NCBI GenBank assembly: GCA_000165425.1 | Contig: CT867992.1 | Span: 248,001-303,662, forward strand | Length of the DNA: 55,662 nt | Source of the DNA: Paramecium tetraurelia | Lineage: Eukaryota | Direction of reading: 5' to 3' | Part shown: positions 11,036-24,800 of the stretch, one piece after another | Position numbering within the stretch: the first letter of the stretch is position 1 | Layout: the number at the start of each line of letters is the position of its first letter | Program-made: the position numbers and the translations under genes | Notes under the pieces: generated by a model | What the model was told of the DNA's origin: nothing | The model's input: only the letters and a program-made list of their open reading frames with translations | Databases searched by the model: none

Positions 11036-13157
11036 TCATAATTTCAAACCAACAGAATGCAATATTTCCTTAATTTCCTACGATTGTTCTGGAGGCATAG
11101 ATTTCAATATTGAAACCAAAGTATTATTCTTGATTTTCATTTAAAACTTCAATGCTTCCTAAGAGAATATAATAAATCTCATACTCTCAAAATGGTTAGA
11201 GTGTTGCCCCTTTAAAATTCCAGATTGGAGAATTGTATTGACTTCTCGTAAAACTATTGTTGTAATTGGGAATGTTATTCATTCATTTTCTCTATAGTTG
11301 CTTTGTGACTCTTCAGAACCGAATACAAATCGTCGTCTCTCTGCTTTTACTCCTTGACCAACTTGTCTCCCTCCTCCTTGCTCAATCTAGTCGATAACTC
11401 ATTTTTCATTTGTTCAATCTGGAATTCATTATCCTAATTCTTCTTCTACAGAGTCTCATTTAGATGCTTGGTTTTTTACAATTCATCTTCTAATTACCTG
11501 CACTTCTCCTTAGCCTTGTCGTATTTTTATTGCAATTTCTCCAACACTCTGAATGAACTCTGATCCGTAGAAGCTCGTGAATTACTACTTATGCTGTCCC
11601 TTGAAGCTATTTCCAATCTCTCTTTGAACAATTGGATTAGGGAAATGAGTTCCTTCTCAAACTTATCCTGCTCCTATTTCTAAATGGTTTAGTCCAATGC
11701 CTTCTCTAAGTTCTGCACTTTAACTAAGATGTTGATTTGTTCCTTCTTCTTCTCATTCAACTCATAACTGATTCTTCTGTTATCCTCCTGAATCTTCTCT
11801 AATTGTTCCTTATACTTCTTGTTTTTGTCCTTTGATTTACTCAACTTGAGCTTCAATTCTTAGGATTGATTCTAACATAGTTCTTCTGCCAACTCCTTCA
11901 ATCTGGTGATCTTCTCAGTTTCTCTCTTTTGACTCTCCAATTCAAACATCAATCCTTAATTCATGTCTTCTAATTCAAATTTCTTTGATTCCACTTCAGC
12001 CAATCTATTCTGCAATTCTTAATAGTTCTCCACTGTTTGCATAAGTTGCGCCTATTATTATAAGATGTCTAAATTACTTTCGACTTGTTTAGTTCAAACA
12101 TGTAATGACTATTAAGTGATTCAAACCACTTATCGCACTCCTAAAATATGATGTTAGTGATCTATTCGTTGATCATATGCTTGTTTGGTCCCTAGGCATC
12201 TTTTAGATACCCATCCAAGATTTCCTCGAACGAAGCCCACTTTTATTTGATAAAGATATCCTTCTATTAAATTACCTCCTCCACATTTTGGCATTCAGTT
12301 ATAAATAGATTCAAATATGACTGCAATAGGGCATTGCAATATTTCTCACTTTCCGTACTATTGTCCTCCATTATTTTCTTCTGATTGTCCTTACAATATG
12401 ACAAGAATTCAACGAAAGTCAATTTCATTTCTGAACAGGCTGAACTATCCAATAACTTAAGCAAAACATCCTGTTAAATATCCACCAAATTGTGAAACAA
12501 TGTGGCCATATCCTAAATCCTTTGATCCGATTGGATTTTCACCACTTATTGATAGTACTTATTCCTCACGTCCTCATATTATCTATAGCATTCTCTATTG
12601 AAGACCCCTACGAACAAATTGCCATTAATTTTTCTATTTGAATTCACATACTCACAAAAATCCAACATGAGATTCAGGAGTATGATGCCTGTCATTTTAA
12701 ATCGGACAATCATTTTCGGCTTTCCACTCAATTTACAATGCTTTTTAGACATGTTGAAGTGTTTCAATAAACTCTAATATTGTTTGCTTACTTTAGGGGC
12801 CTACTTCTGTATTGATTAAATGGGCAATTGATCAAACAATTTCAATATTGAATCTTATTCATTTTCTACAAAATGCATGTATTGGGAAACCACATATAAG
12901 AATAGTAAGATAGTTGTAATTTGCTTTTGACATTCCTCAATTGATACCACAAAAATCACAAACTATTCGGTCTTCATAAAAGTTAACCCATTTAATTGAA
13001 TATTGTGATTCGGATTTAATTGGGAATATAAATTTTGTGCACTGCTATTCGTCTTCGTGACTATGGAATGTACAACTACTTCCTTGTTTAATTTGTTTAA
13101 CTCCGTAATTATCAATTAAGGTATTTCAATAGTTGAACCAAAATTCAGAGAATTCAT
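11036..13157 (-). CDS. Degenerate guanylate-binding protein (GBP)-like protein with long C-terminal coiled coil
   Basis: GBP-like segments ELNKLNKEVVVHSIV, ILLFLYVVSQYMHF, KPKMIVRFKMTGIILLNLMLDFCEYVN, DNSTESEKYCNALLQ, YLKDAQGPNK. No GxxxxGKS/T motif. Several hundred aa of E/K/Q-rich coiled coil follow. Confidence 0.65.
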
Positions 13158-13423
13158 TAAAAATATATAAATTGTAATTATTAATAATGATTCATGCTTC
13201 TTCACTCCTATACAGCACCTGATCTAATCCATATAATACGCTCTTTTAAACTCATTATTTTAGTCTTTCTGCTTCCTCCTTGCTAATTAACCATATGAAT
13301 GATTGCCAAAACCAAGGATATTCGAATTAAGTATCATAGATAAAGTATTAGCACCTTTAATTGAGTCAATAGTGCAAAGTATTAAATCTTAAATTCTAAC
13401 TTTCTAGTTGAAAATGTCCTCAT

Positions 13424-14200
13424 TCATTTTATCTTGTTTCTTTCATTTTTCGATAGTTTTTAGTTTATTTATTCTATAACACTCCAGTCCATTTACCTAT
13501 GATATTTTATTAGTATCTTTCTGAAATTCTATAAATTCATGCAAGTCTAATAATATTAATCTTTATTTTCTTAATCAATCTTAACCAGTACTTTGAGATT
13601 GAATTAATATTTCATTTTATCTAGAATTTTTTCATAGTCTTCTCTTACTGTTTATAAATTTTCTAAATTTTAATGATTTAAATAGTTAATAAAATAATTA
13701 GACCTCCTTATCGAAAGTACAGCATCCCTCATGATACTGATAGAATTAATAAAATTTTGCTTACTTTCCAATTTTATATAAAATTATTCTAACCTTATCA
13801 TCCCATTACTATGATCCTACCCAATACACTCATATATAAATTGATGAACATACTCTTAGCTATATTTACTTAAACAATATGATTAGCCCTGATAAAGGTA
13901 GCACCCCATCCCATAAGTATCCTACAATTCTAGGTTTCTTTACATTTTAAGAACTTTAGGATGTCTTTACCCCGTTACTTTAAGTCAATTGAATAAAACT
14001 TTACTTTCAATTTCATCGTTTCTAAAGATATAACTTATAATTTGATGGTTCCAATATATTAAAAATCCTATTATCTTGTTTTGATTACAACAGGCAATAC
14101 TTTTGTTGACCTAATATATGGAATTATTTCCTCTTTTGGATCTTCATGAATGGGTAGTTCTCTGTTCTGCTGGATCAAGACTTATTTTTATTAAAATACA
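13424..14200 (-). CDS. Hypothetical protein (start codon not resolved)
   Basis: TGA-free frame QVLIQQNRELPIHEDPKEE...ILMGWGATFIRANH...MYWVGSQQWDDKVR...KRNKIK*, joined by two GT-AG introns of 25-26 nt. Confidence 0.45.
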
Positions 14201-14376
14201 TTTAAATTGTTTAATAAAATTAAAGAGTTTTCGAATATAAAATATATTTGTATAAACTAGTTTACATTAGAATTTTATTAAGGTGATTTTCAAAATAAAA
14301 TTTAACAAATTTGGCAACGAAAATAGACAGAGACCCTTAATTATATAATATGTCTAATGAAAATATGAATTATTAA

Positions 14377-15358
14377 TCAAGTATGTCTGCCATTAATCCA
14401 TTCTCCTTCTAAACTCTCTTTACCTTAATTTGATAAAACGCATCCTTTTCCATGAAATACTCCTTTCCTAAAAGTACCATAAAATACAAAATAAGAATCG
14501 AAGCAATCTATAAATTGCATTTAACCTATTCCATCAATTTCTCCGTTTACAAAGTTGCCGCTATATGTTTCCCTATTTCTGGCAACATTGGAGAAATTCA
14601 TAAAGTTCTTCAATAGCAATTTCTATGATTTCGATTCTCTGAACATGAGTTTACCCTTGCCCCAGAACACATCATCCTTCCATTGGCCAGTGTATATAAT
14701 CTTTCCATCTTTGTCAAAGAGTGTTCCGATTCCTTGTTTTCTGCCCCTTTCATCTGTTTATCCCTCATACAAGGCTTCTTCGCCCATATAGATGATCTTT
14801 TTGGTGATGGTTGTTTTTTTATTAATGTCATAAGTAGTCTATTTATTATTGGTTTGAGATTGGAAACTCTGATCTCGTTTATTAGACGATTGAGTGTTTT
14901 TGCTGGCTTTGGTATTTCTCTCATGTTCTTCTAAGATCTTTTTACTGATTCGAATTCTCTCTTAGGAATTGTCATATTTGTTCAGGAAATAACTTTTGAA
15001 ATTTCCAGTTCTTTTTGGTGTAACTGGACTATTAAATTCATCTTGGGAGGTGTTGGTATATTATTTCTTGGTATGATTGCCGTTTTGATTCTATTTAGGA
15101 GGTAATGACTTTTGAATCTGGCTTATTCTGCTATCAATCATTTCAATTTTTTTGTTAATAGTCTCGATCATATCATCTGTGACTCTTGATTTATCGGGAC
15201 TAGCAATTTGAGCTGGGATTTGCGATCTAATTTGAGGTTGAACTGATGTAGGTGGCTAATTGAAAAGTAAGTCTTACTCTGATGAGAGGTAAGCTCTGAT
15301 AAATGGGGACAGTTTGTTAGACAATATAAACTTGAGGTTGTGGGTACACAATAAACAT
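14377..15358 (-). CDS. MORN-repeat protein
   Basis: YEGQTDERGRKQGIGTLF, YTGQWKDDVFWGKGKL, YSGNFVNGEIDGIGQM, FYGTFRKGVFHGKGCV, EGEWINGR. P/Q-rich N-terminus, one 22-nt intron. Confidence 0.88.
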
Positions 15359-15405
15359 AATAAAATATAATAAAATTTTATTTTATTTGATTATTCTCAT
15401 TCATA

Positions 15406-16510
15406 TCATTAAGCTGGTAATTGTGATAATAAATCCAAAGCACTCTATACGATGCTAATTTCTTCTGAAATGTGTGATCTTTTGCTTGTATAGCTTGTAT
15501 TTTCATTGTCTGAAGCAACTCTGGTTTAATCAAGCAACTCCTTGGTGGTGGTGATGAGTTCCTGTAATTCTTCCTATCTTCTCTTGTTTGATGCCTATGA
15601 TAATATGAATTAATATACTAGATCGTTGTCCTTAGCAGTTGCTTGTCTTTGATTGAATTGTTTGTCCTTATCCAAATTGCTGTAGGTGGTTTCAAATTGA
15701 CTTCGTAAGGTTAGGTATTGTTGCTCTGAATTGGTGGAGGATGTATTGATAGCATCCAATCTTTCTTGGACATTTGTTGCGATTCCTTCTAATTTGCTGA
15801 TAACTCTTCTGATGGTGTTGTCATCGTATTGGGATGTCATTTGAATCATAATAGCAATGGGATGTTTGTCTCCCAAGGCTTGTTTGGCTGCTTCGATAGC
15901 TCTTTCTCTCTCGATTAAGCTAGTGTTTCCCAAAAGAGCATCACCTAAAAATCTTAAGACTTCCTAGACTGCTGCCAAATATCTGGAGTTATTGTTGAAT
16001 TTCTCTTCTGCTGCTCTGACTTCTTCTGAATGGTTATCACTCAATTGTGTAATTTGATTGGATAACAATAAGAGTTATTGGCCTTGGAAACTCAACGATT
16101 GAGTAAGTGAGGATAGATCTGAAGTCAAATCATTTATTTGTTGATTAACTGAACTCAGTTCGCTTTCGGTTGTTTCTAGGGTATTTTCGAATTTGGAAAT
16201 TTGTTATTCGAAATTGGCTTGTTGCTAAATAATTAGAAATATGGAGTTACAGCGGAATGTTCAGCTTCATTAGCCCCAGAGGCAGCGATGAGTTTGTCTA
16301 ACATTGATTGAACAATGGTGACTACTTCACCTAATTTACTTGATTAATGCAATTCAAGCATGCCGTAAAAATAATCGCTAAATGGAGTGATTCTTGTTTT
16401 CTGGAATATACTTAAACATTTATTACTTCTCTTAATTGCTTTATAGCAGTGAGATGAGTTTCTGTTGCAGCTGATATTGCAATCAATACCAATAAAATTG
16501 CTATTCTCAT
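15406..16510 (-). CDS. Trichocyst matrix protein (TMP/granule lattice protein family) precursor
   Basis: Signal peptide MRIAILLVLIAISAA, GMLELHQSSKLGEVVTIVQSMLDKL, heptad helices, central SLIE...HPIAIMIQM processing region, C-terminal EEISIVQSALDLL. Three short introns. Confidence 0.85.
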
Positions 16511-16683
16511 TTATTATATTAATTAAAAAACGACTTCATTTCTTTTTGCTACTTAATTTTATATATATATAAGAAGTATCATCACTTATAAATGTATATC
16601 ACATATATTCTGATAATGTGAGCAGTTCAATAAAATGACAATTACTTTGGCAATACAAATATAATCAAGAAACCTCAGAAACC

Positions 16684-17351
16684 TCAGTGACAACAATTTT
16701 ATCTTGGTCTTTCTTATTCGGGCACATTCTCAATTTTCCTTGCCTGCAAATTCTTAACTAGTAATTCAATTAATTCGTTGATTCCCTCTCCAGTCTTAGT
16801 CGATATTTCCACGTATAACAAATTTTAATCCTTACACATCTGCTGTGCCTTTTCTAAAGGAATGCAACGCAGATTCTAAGCCTCATTCACAAGATCCAAT
16901 TTATTGCCTACTATTATTATAGTTACGGAATCATCAGCATAATTTTGTATATCTTTTGGTTAATTTTTCAATACTACGTACCTTTTAGCCAATTTTATAT
17001 ATTCTCATAAGTGTACAGATCGGTTAGATCAAAAAATATCAAGGCTCCTTAGGATTAACGAAAATGACTAAATAGTTGGAATAGTACTTTGATGTCACAG
17101 ACTTATATTTTTCTGATCCAGCTAAATCAATATTATCGTACCTGTATCCCAGATTTTCAATGTCACCAACTACTCCTTATAAACAATCTGCTTCGAGGCA
17201 TATTCAACTCCAATCGTAGATTTAGGTTGCTAAGGCGTAATGTTCTTCGTGGCTCTCAAAAAGAAACTTGTCTTCCCAACTTTGCTGTCTCCAGCAAGCA
17301 CGACTTGAATCTAACTCAACTCTTACCTTTGTACGCTGAGGTTTATTGCAT
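16684..17351 (-). CDS. Divergent Rab-family small GTPase
   Basis: VVLAGDSKVGKTS, STIGVEY, IWDT|AGSEKYKS, GALIFFDLT, IVGNKLDL, EISTK, C-terminal CCH prenylation motif. Four introns of about 20-25 nt. Confidence 0.92.
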
Positions 17352-17414
17352 TAGTAAATTAATTTAATAATACTGACTGATAAAGTATATACTCACTCAC
17401 ATCCAAACTCCATT

Positions 17415-17816
17415 TCAATAAATCACCCTCCCCTGAATCAAGTTGATTGGAATGGGACCATGAAACTTAGAATCGAAAGACACCTTCGCATTGTCTCCTT
17501 CAATCCACGCATGGTTTTTAGGCACCTTGTTCCCATTCGGATCCAACTCATCCTCCAAATGAATTATTCTCTTGCAAACCGTATAATCGGGTCTCACAGG
17601 CGACTTTGCTATGATGATGTCTCCCTATTTAATCCTGTAGAATCCTCTCTGCACCACCACCAATTCGCCGTCCTTCACTGTCGGATGCATCGACTAACCT
17701 TCAGAGAGTTCGAATGAAATCAGGTGTTGAGTGACCAGGTAATAGGAACAGAAGGCAGGAATCACTACCAGAATTTCTTTCTGTTTTAGTAGCATTTACT
17801 TCAAAGAGGATAGCAT
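17415..17816 (-). CDS. IMP1: Mitochondrial inner membrane peptidase subunit (S26 family, IMP1-like)
   Basis: EGQSMHPT (catalytic Ser), GDIIIAKSP, VCKRII (catalytic Lys), VPKNHAWIEGDN...SFDSKFHGPIP. Intronless, 133 aa. Confidence 0.88.
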
Positions 17817-17879
17817 CTAATTATATTAATGTTTGTGGTATTTTTAATTTAGAAGACACAAGTGATTTTAATTAAATTA

Positions 17880-18682
17880 ATGTAAGAGCAAGATAACAAC
17901 TCGTTCTTCTCATATGCAAGGCAATTGCTAGATCAACAATCTCAATCCATCCAAGAAATGGATGAACACAAAGACTCCTCCTTAGACATGAGTTAGTTAA
18001 TTAAGATGTAACACACTATTCATGACAATATTTTAATCTCTCCTGAACCATCCAAAAGGGATGATTCCCTTCTTCTTTCCTCTGATGAACCTTGCAATTG
18101 CAGTAAGTCTGAATGCAGGAAAATGTATTGCGAGTGTTTAGCCAAGGGGAGACTCTGTTCCTCTGCCTGTAAATTAATCACATTTCTATTTCCTAGGCAG
18201 ATGCGAAAATTGTCAAAACAGAACCTCAAACAAGAAGGTTCTACACGTCATCAAAGAACTTGATCTCAACAAAAACCTAAAGAAAATTAAATCCAAAAGA
18301 TTCAAAGATGTACCATCATCCATTAATACTAGGGGTGCACATGCAAAAAGTCAATGTGTTTGAAAAAATATTGCGAGTGCTTCCATTCTGGCAAAAGTTG
18401 TGGCTATGGTTGCAACTGCGAGAATTGTTAGAACTAACTTCTAGATGAAGCCTAAAAGAATATTTGCACACCAAATTAAAAAAAAACTTCAAAATTTTCA
18501 TCCAAATTCGAGAGTGCCAATACCAATACCAGATCAGAATATTATGGGATGGTCTTAAAGAAATAGGAATTAGAAGAGTACGAAGATTCAGATGACTGTA
18601 TTCATATATATACTTATTATATTCAGCCTTGGACAAGATGAACACTATTGTTATTATGATATTAGGTTAGTTGATTGTTTGA
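17880..18682 (+). CDS. Tesmin/TSO1/LIN54-like CRC (CXC) domain protein
   Basis: [34 protein letters not shown] and [34 protein letters not shown]. The 3' end is 18641 or 18682 depending on the last intron. Confidence 0.88.
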
Positions 18683-18719
18683 CATATTTTTTTACTTCAA
18701 AAACAATTATAAATATTAT

Positions 18720-19560
18720 TTATGAGACAAGTTTACCGTTAGGACAAACAATGAAGAACAATAATTGCTAATTCATCAAGCAGCTCCTTCATATTGAATC
18801 TATTTCAACTTATATTCATCAATAACTGATGTGTTCCCAATTCAAATTGGAGCAAACCAAAATCCTATCCAAACACATCATAATAAATTAAAAAATAAAA
18901 TTCTTTTGAAAAGTCTCAATAAAATCAATTAGGCCTTTTGATATTCATCTAAGAACCTAGTTTTTCAAACATCCTCAACTGGAATCAGAATTGGGAACTT
19001 TAGATTTCTTCAAATTTTTGGGTGGAAAATCCTTTGATAAAGTTATACATATCTCAGCAATAATAGAAACACTTTATTTGAAGTTTTAGTATTGAATTAT
19101 GGAATAAAAGATCTTAAAAATAGAATTATTAAAAACCTAGAGCAAAAGGTGGCTTATTCAAGAGAAGAGATTTATGAAGCTCTGATTTTGAAGTTCCAAT
19201 TTAGTGATATCTGCATTTCTAAATTATTCTTAAAAAGGAAATGATTAAGATAATTCTGACTTAACCTATACAAGTTGTTTGTATATTTATGGTAGTTTGT
19301 AATCAATGAGAAATTGAAATTCATAGTCTATATGATTCAGTTACATAATTTTAGAAAGATTGCCATAGTGAGATATCTTAAGATTAGTTGAATTTTCAAG
19401 TTCTCCCCAAATGTTTCAAATATATCAATCATCGGTTGTCCAAATAAACTATCGAAAATGCCAATAAATGAGTATTTATGGGAAATTTGGATATGAAATT
19501 GGTTTTATTCCCTAAGTGTTGCAAAAGCATATCTTATTTTTGTCACATATCATATCCAAA
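18720..19560 (+). pseudogene. Possible decayed gene remnant
   Basis: About 850 bp with coding-like composition but TGA stops in every frame examined, and no convincing short GT-AG introns removing them. Strand uncertain. Confidence 0.3.
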
Positions 19561-19589
19561 TTAGTATAATTTTTTAATAATAATATTAA

Positions 19590-20570
19590 ATGAACTTTAA
19601 TATAAGCAATAGACTTAGACCTCAGACTGCTTATTCCATGTCATAAAAGGAGGTATTCAAATTTTGCTAAATCAAAGTTATTGTCTGGTAAATTTTCGTA
19701 GAATGATCAATAACAAATCAGTAAATTGTTAGAGAAAAATGCTACCTATTTTGATCATGTTAAAGGTTTGGTGTACTTATATATTATAGATCAATGTGTT
19801 TGTGGACTCTGTGTTTGTGGTGGGTGCAAGTGTGGATTAGAAAGATTAAAAGAATAATAGGGAATGCCATTGAAATCATAGTATCAACAGGACTACGTTG
19901 AAAAATAGCCATCCAGAATTAAATCAATATCACAATTACCGACCTACAAAGACGATTATGCTATGAAATTTGAGACGACTCAAAGAGTAATTGAAAACAG
20001 TTATCCTAGGTGGATTTCAAAGATCCAAAATAGAGACCATAAACTTCCTACAAGCCAGAACAACCTAGATTTGTATAGCCTTTTCATGCTGGCTCTACCT
20101 ATTAATTGACTCATACCAAAATGCCTGAGGGTAAAAAATGCGTATATATTGTTAGGTGAGAAGGTGAATATTATTCCTTAAAACCATCCAACAGTTATGA
20201 AAGATCTCCAATTCTTGGGATCAAGTGAGTACAAAAGGAATTTCAGCGGGACACCAATTACTCGAGAAAAAAACCTCATTTTTGGAGCTCATAGCAGTTT
20301 TGGGTATTTACAAAAATAAGAATGTTAAGGAATCCCATAAATCCAGGATTACCATTTTTTGGGTCCACCACCTCTTCAAGAGCATTCAGACCCTTTAAGG
20401 CAAAGAAAACGAGACCTTCAAAAACGACCACGTAATTGCAAAGTGTGCCAACATTTGATGGATAATTTTCAACAATAACAAAATTGGATTATGTTGACAA
20501 ATCCCTTTAGATTTGTCCAGCAAGAGCGGTACTTAATTATAAAAAAAACTCTAATCATTCTGGATTTTGA
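19590..20570 (+). CDS. SAXO/STOP (MAP6/FAM154)-like microtubule-stabilising protein
   Basis: Cys-rich QCVCGLCVCGGCKCG near the N-terminus. Mn-like modules SQYQQDY, FETTQRVDF, GSTYQLTH, GSSEYKRNF, GSTTSSRAF, FSTITKLDY. Several short introns. Confidence 0.75.
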
Positions 20571-20636
20571 ATTTCATAATACATCCAATATTGTTATTTA
20601 CTTATTCTACTTTTACATAATATATTATTCACAAAT

Positions 20637-21723
20637 TCAAATGTCTTCATCTTTGACATTATAAAAATCACTAAACAACTAGTAGATACTCTAGGGTGTG
20701 TATTATCCTTAATTAGTGATATACAGGCTTATGTATTCAGGAGGAACATAGTCAAATGTAATCTAACATAAACATAAGAAAATACTCCAATGCTCATCTG
20801 TTCAATTGTGGAATTTGGATTGATTTTCAAAGGTGATACAAGTTCATTGAAAGTGGTTTGATCAAAGGCATACTTTGGAGTCAATTTGTGTGCTCCAGAC
20901 AATACAATCACTGGAACAGCAAACTGTTTGGCTAAAACACAAATTGCATATGTTCCTGGATGCATCAAAAGACCTCCATTTTTAAGGATGGCATCGACTC
21001 CCAAAAGGATTTTATTTACTCTTTACATAATGGCATAGGCATTGGTAAAGGGTGTTAAGGTGACATTCAGTTGATGTTTTCCCAAGTCGGTGGCAAACTA
21101 CTTCCCTAAGTTTTCAGTTTCGCTCTCCAAGACTATAATCTCGAAGTTTCTGGTCTTCTTTGCTGATAACAAGAAATTCAACACAGTAGTTGAATATTCG
21201 TAAACTAAAAGAACTTCATTTGTAAAAAAATGTGTTGATGCCTATTAATATAATATTGTGGATTACAAATGTATTAATATCATCTGAATGGGATTCCATT
21301 TCTTCCAAGACTTAATCAATTGCAGGTAAGATCACATACTATTGAATAGCATTTGAACCTGTTTCAGCACCTGTTTCGATTGTTGTTTTTGATCTACTTG
21401 AACTTCTCTGAATTGTGAGTCCTAATGCTTTGAAATTCTTTTCTTTATCCTTATTTTAGACGAATCCGTCTTCAGAGCTCATCAACCTGATCACCTGAAT
21501 TACTCGCCTATAAACATTAGGGATCCAAAAATCTAAAGGGCCCTATTTGAGTCTATTAGATAATTTTTTAATATATGTGATATAATCTTCTATTGTGGGA
21601 GATTTAGGTAATTTGGCATTTTTAGCTGATAAATGAGCCTTGAGTGCTAAGAGCGATTCCTTACTAGAATATAATCGAGCTAGGATTATCAAAATCGATA
21701 CGTTGTGCTTTTTGTGTGTTCAT
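20637..21723 (-). CDS. EIF2B2: Translation initiation factor eIF2B beta subunit
   Basis: PNVYRRVIQVIR, EVLLVYEYSTTVLNFL, VNKILLGVDAILKNGGL, GTYAICVLAKQFAVPVIVLSGAHKLTP, FDYVPPEYISLYITNQG. Confidence 0.9.
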
Positions 21724-21896
21724 TACTCCGAAGAATGAATTCTTTAATAAATTAATAATATTTAATTAATATCAAATTATATAATATTCAATAGAATTAG
21801 TTTTGAGTTACTTTAAGAATCTGATTCAGGATAGTAAAAATTATTTATAAGTCTAAAAAATGTAATACATAATATTAAAATTTCATTAATTATTTT

Positions 21897-24800
21897 ATGA
21901 TATACAAATTATCAAACCAATAGGAAATGTAATAATATTCTCCTAATTACGTCGGGAAGTTCTTATGTAAATTTTCAACTGATGAGGGATTTGCAAAACG
22001 AAATAATCCAAAACAGAAATATAAGTTGAACATTCTATCTATACCATTACAAAAGATTAAGGATATAAAGTTTTATCAGAAAAGGCTATTTGTAATTGGA
22101 GGAGGAGCTCTGTAAGAGGGCAGAACTTTGTTATGCAAAGTAAAAAAGGGAGAGGAGGAAATTTATAAAATGTATAATAAATATGGGTACATTGAACATG
22201 TTTTCGATGAATTGTGGTATTTCTTAATCAATGCTGGCTATGTTAAATTAAGGGTGAATTTTGTAGACTTAGGTCCTGAAAAAAAAACCATAACCTTAGC
22301 AGAAATTTAAGTGTTCATTACTGATAAGGCATTAAATGACAATTATGAACTAAAAATTTTAAGGTATAATAGAAAAACTGGAATCAAAAATGACATGCCA
22401 AAATATGAAAAATACCAATAATAATAGCTATTCCATTAAGAGGAAATCAGGATGGAACATCAAAGATTTGCCAGACTTTCCTTATTGCTTATGTTTGACT
22501 TTATGAACATTTAAGTTGAAACTCCAGCTCTTGTCAAGTCCGACAAGCAATTCAAAATATTCTTCACCCAATATTGCTACTTTCATGAGAGATACAAGTC
22601 CCAGCCTGTAAATTAGTTAATGAAGTCATATCATAGGCCTATTATTGACAGCCAGGATTACTTCAAAGCCTATATCAACAATAAACATTTTTATAATAAA
22701 TTGTTTTCTCTTGAACTGATTAAGAAACTGGCCTTATCAAAGCAAGGGAGCTCAAAATATCTGTCAAATAATTAGCCCTATAAACCCAAAATGGAGAAGA
22801 TTCATCCTCTTTTTCATGTTTAGTTTCAACGAGTGGCAGTAGCATTTTATTAAGCAATCCTTAGTTTCATTCGAAGATCAATGAGTTCAGTTGTCAAATA
22901 ATAATAACCCTCATATTCGGATTATGTTCTTAAAACCATATTTTTATCTACGATTCCAGTTCAAAATAATTACCTGAATGATGAATTATACTAAGATTAG
23001 CATTAAAACTTTATTGAGGCGAGGGAAACCATTTCAAATAATTTGAATGAAGATTGTGGAGTGGAATTATTGAGTGATGAAAAAGTAAAGATTTATGAGG
23101 ATTCTAAAAATCAAATTCTAGATTACTTCTATGTTGATTATGTTGTAAAGGTGGATAAAAACAAAAACTAAAGGGATTATGAAACTTTATTAAAGCAAGA
23201 GCAAGAGTCTTATTACGAAGAGACCAAACTTCAATAGAAAAAACAAAATGAAGACATTTTGCAATAAGACTTAAATAATATATTCGTTGCTAACATATAA
23301 TTGCAAGAATACAACACGCCTAAGCAAATGCTATCATAATTGAAATAACATCAAAAGCAGGCTTTATATTGGATGCTTTTGAGAGAAGGCCATATAATAG
23401 ACCAGACCTAAGACTAAAAATAAAAGTTATCTCCTTTGTGGCAATAGCTCAAACTCCTCAATGGAGATACCATTTATGTAAATACTTTTACAGGAAAGAT
23501 TTCAAAAGAGTTTATACCGGTCTAAGAAACAAAGGGTGGAATATTAGCAGATGAAATGGGATTGGGAAAAACAATTATGGCATTGGCATTGATATTGGAG
23601 ACTCATAAAAAAGGGTAATAAACCTTGATAGTCGTACCAAAATCGGTGTTGCTGTAATGGGAGAAAGAAATTTAAACTCATTCAAAGCCTAGAAGTCTTT
23701 AGGTATTGGTATATTATAAATAATAATCTCGCAGTTAAAAGATTAAATTAAAGGATTATGATATAATTTTGACAACTTATGCTATATTAGCGTCTGATTA
23801 TTCGATATGGACATAAATAAACGAGATGGAATAAGAATAATAATAAAAATTAGATTAACCATAATAAGAATTAGAATTAGAATAATAAGAGCAATAGTAA
23901 TAATAACCAAAATAATAACAACAAAAATAATAACAAAAAAAGTAGCCATTAAAAAAATAATCTTAAAAACATAAACATTCAATTTCATAAGAAGAAGATT
24001 CTTCTAACTCTATGTAGAGTGATTCAATTTCTGATTAATCAATTTCATATTCAATAAGCCTTAATAAAATATCAGAGGAATAGAAGGAAGAAGGAAAGCC
24101 TTAATAAAAGAAAAAGAAACTCACTCAAAAATAATTGGAGAAGGCAAAAAATGAAAATAATTTGTTTAAACTGAATTATTATAGAGTAATTTTGGATGAA
24201 GCTCACAACATTAAAACTAGATCCACACTGTAAACTAGAAGTGCCATATCTTTATAAAGTCAGTTTAGATGGTGTTTAACAGGAACGCCTATGTAAAACA
24301 AACATGATGATTTATTCAGTTTACTCTAATTTTTGCAAGTCGAAACGTTTTCGGAATAGTAATATTTTAATCTTATTATTTAGCTTTTGGTGGAATACAT
24401 ACATAAACAAAGAAGAAAATGAGGATGATCAACAAAGAATCTTGGCTTAAATCCTTCAACCTATAATTTTGAGGAGAACCAAGAATTCATAATAGTTTGA
24501 AGGTTTACAATAAGTAATTGAGAATATCCATTGGGTCGAATTGGATTAGAAGGAAAGAATGCTTTACAAAAAGTTGCTTTCCGGTTCATAGAATCTGTTC
24601 AAAAGTTTTGTGAAGAACACTTCAAATCAAAGCTATGTTCATATTTTTTAGATTATTAATAAACTAAGAGTTGCATGCAATCATCCTTAATTGGCTCTCA
24701 AAGACATTAATTTATAGCAGACACCCTTAGAGAAGGTATTGGATAAAATAGACAAATTTTTTATGGAAAAAACTCATAATGGAAATAAAATCACAGAGGA

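Noticed and set aside
16669..16686. 9-nt direct repeat gaaacctca at the Rab stop codon (possible target-site duplication)
   Set aside because: No intervening element or terminal repeats. Consistent with simple slippage.
23782..23988. Supplied hydrophobic Ile/Leu-rich ORF resembling a membrane protein
   Set aside because: Antisense shadow of the N/Q-rich insertion in RAD5.
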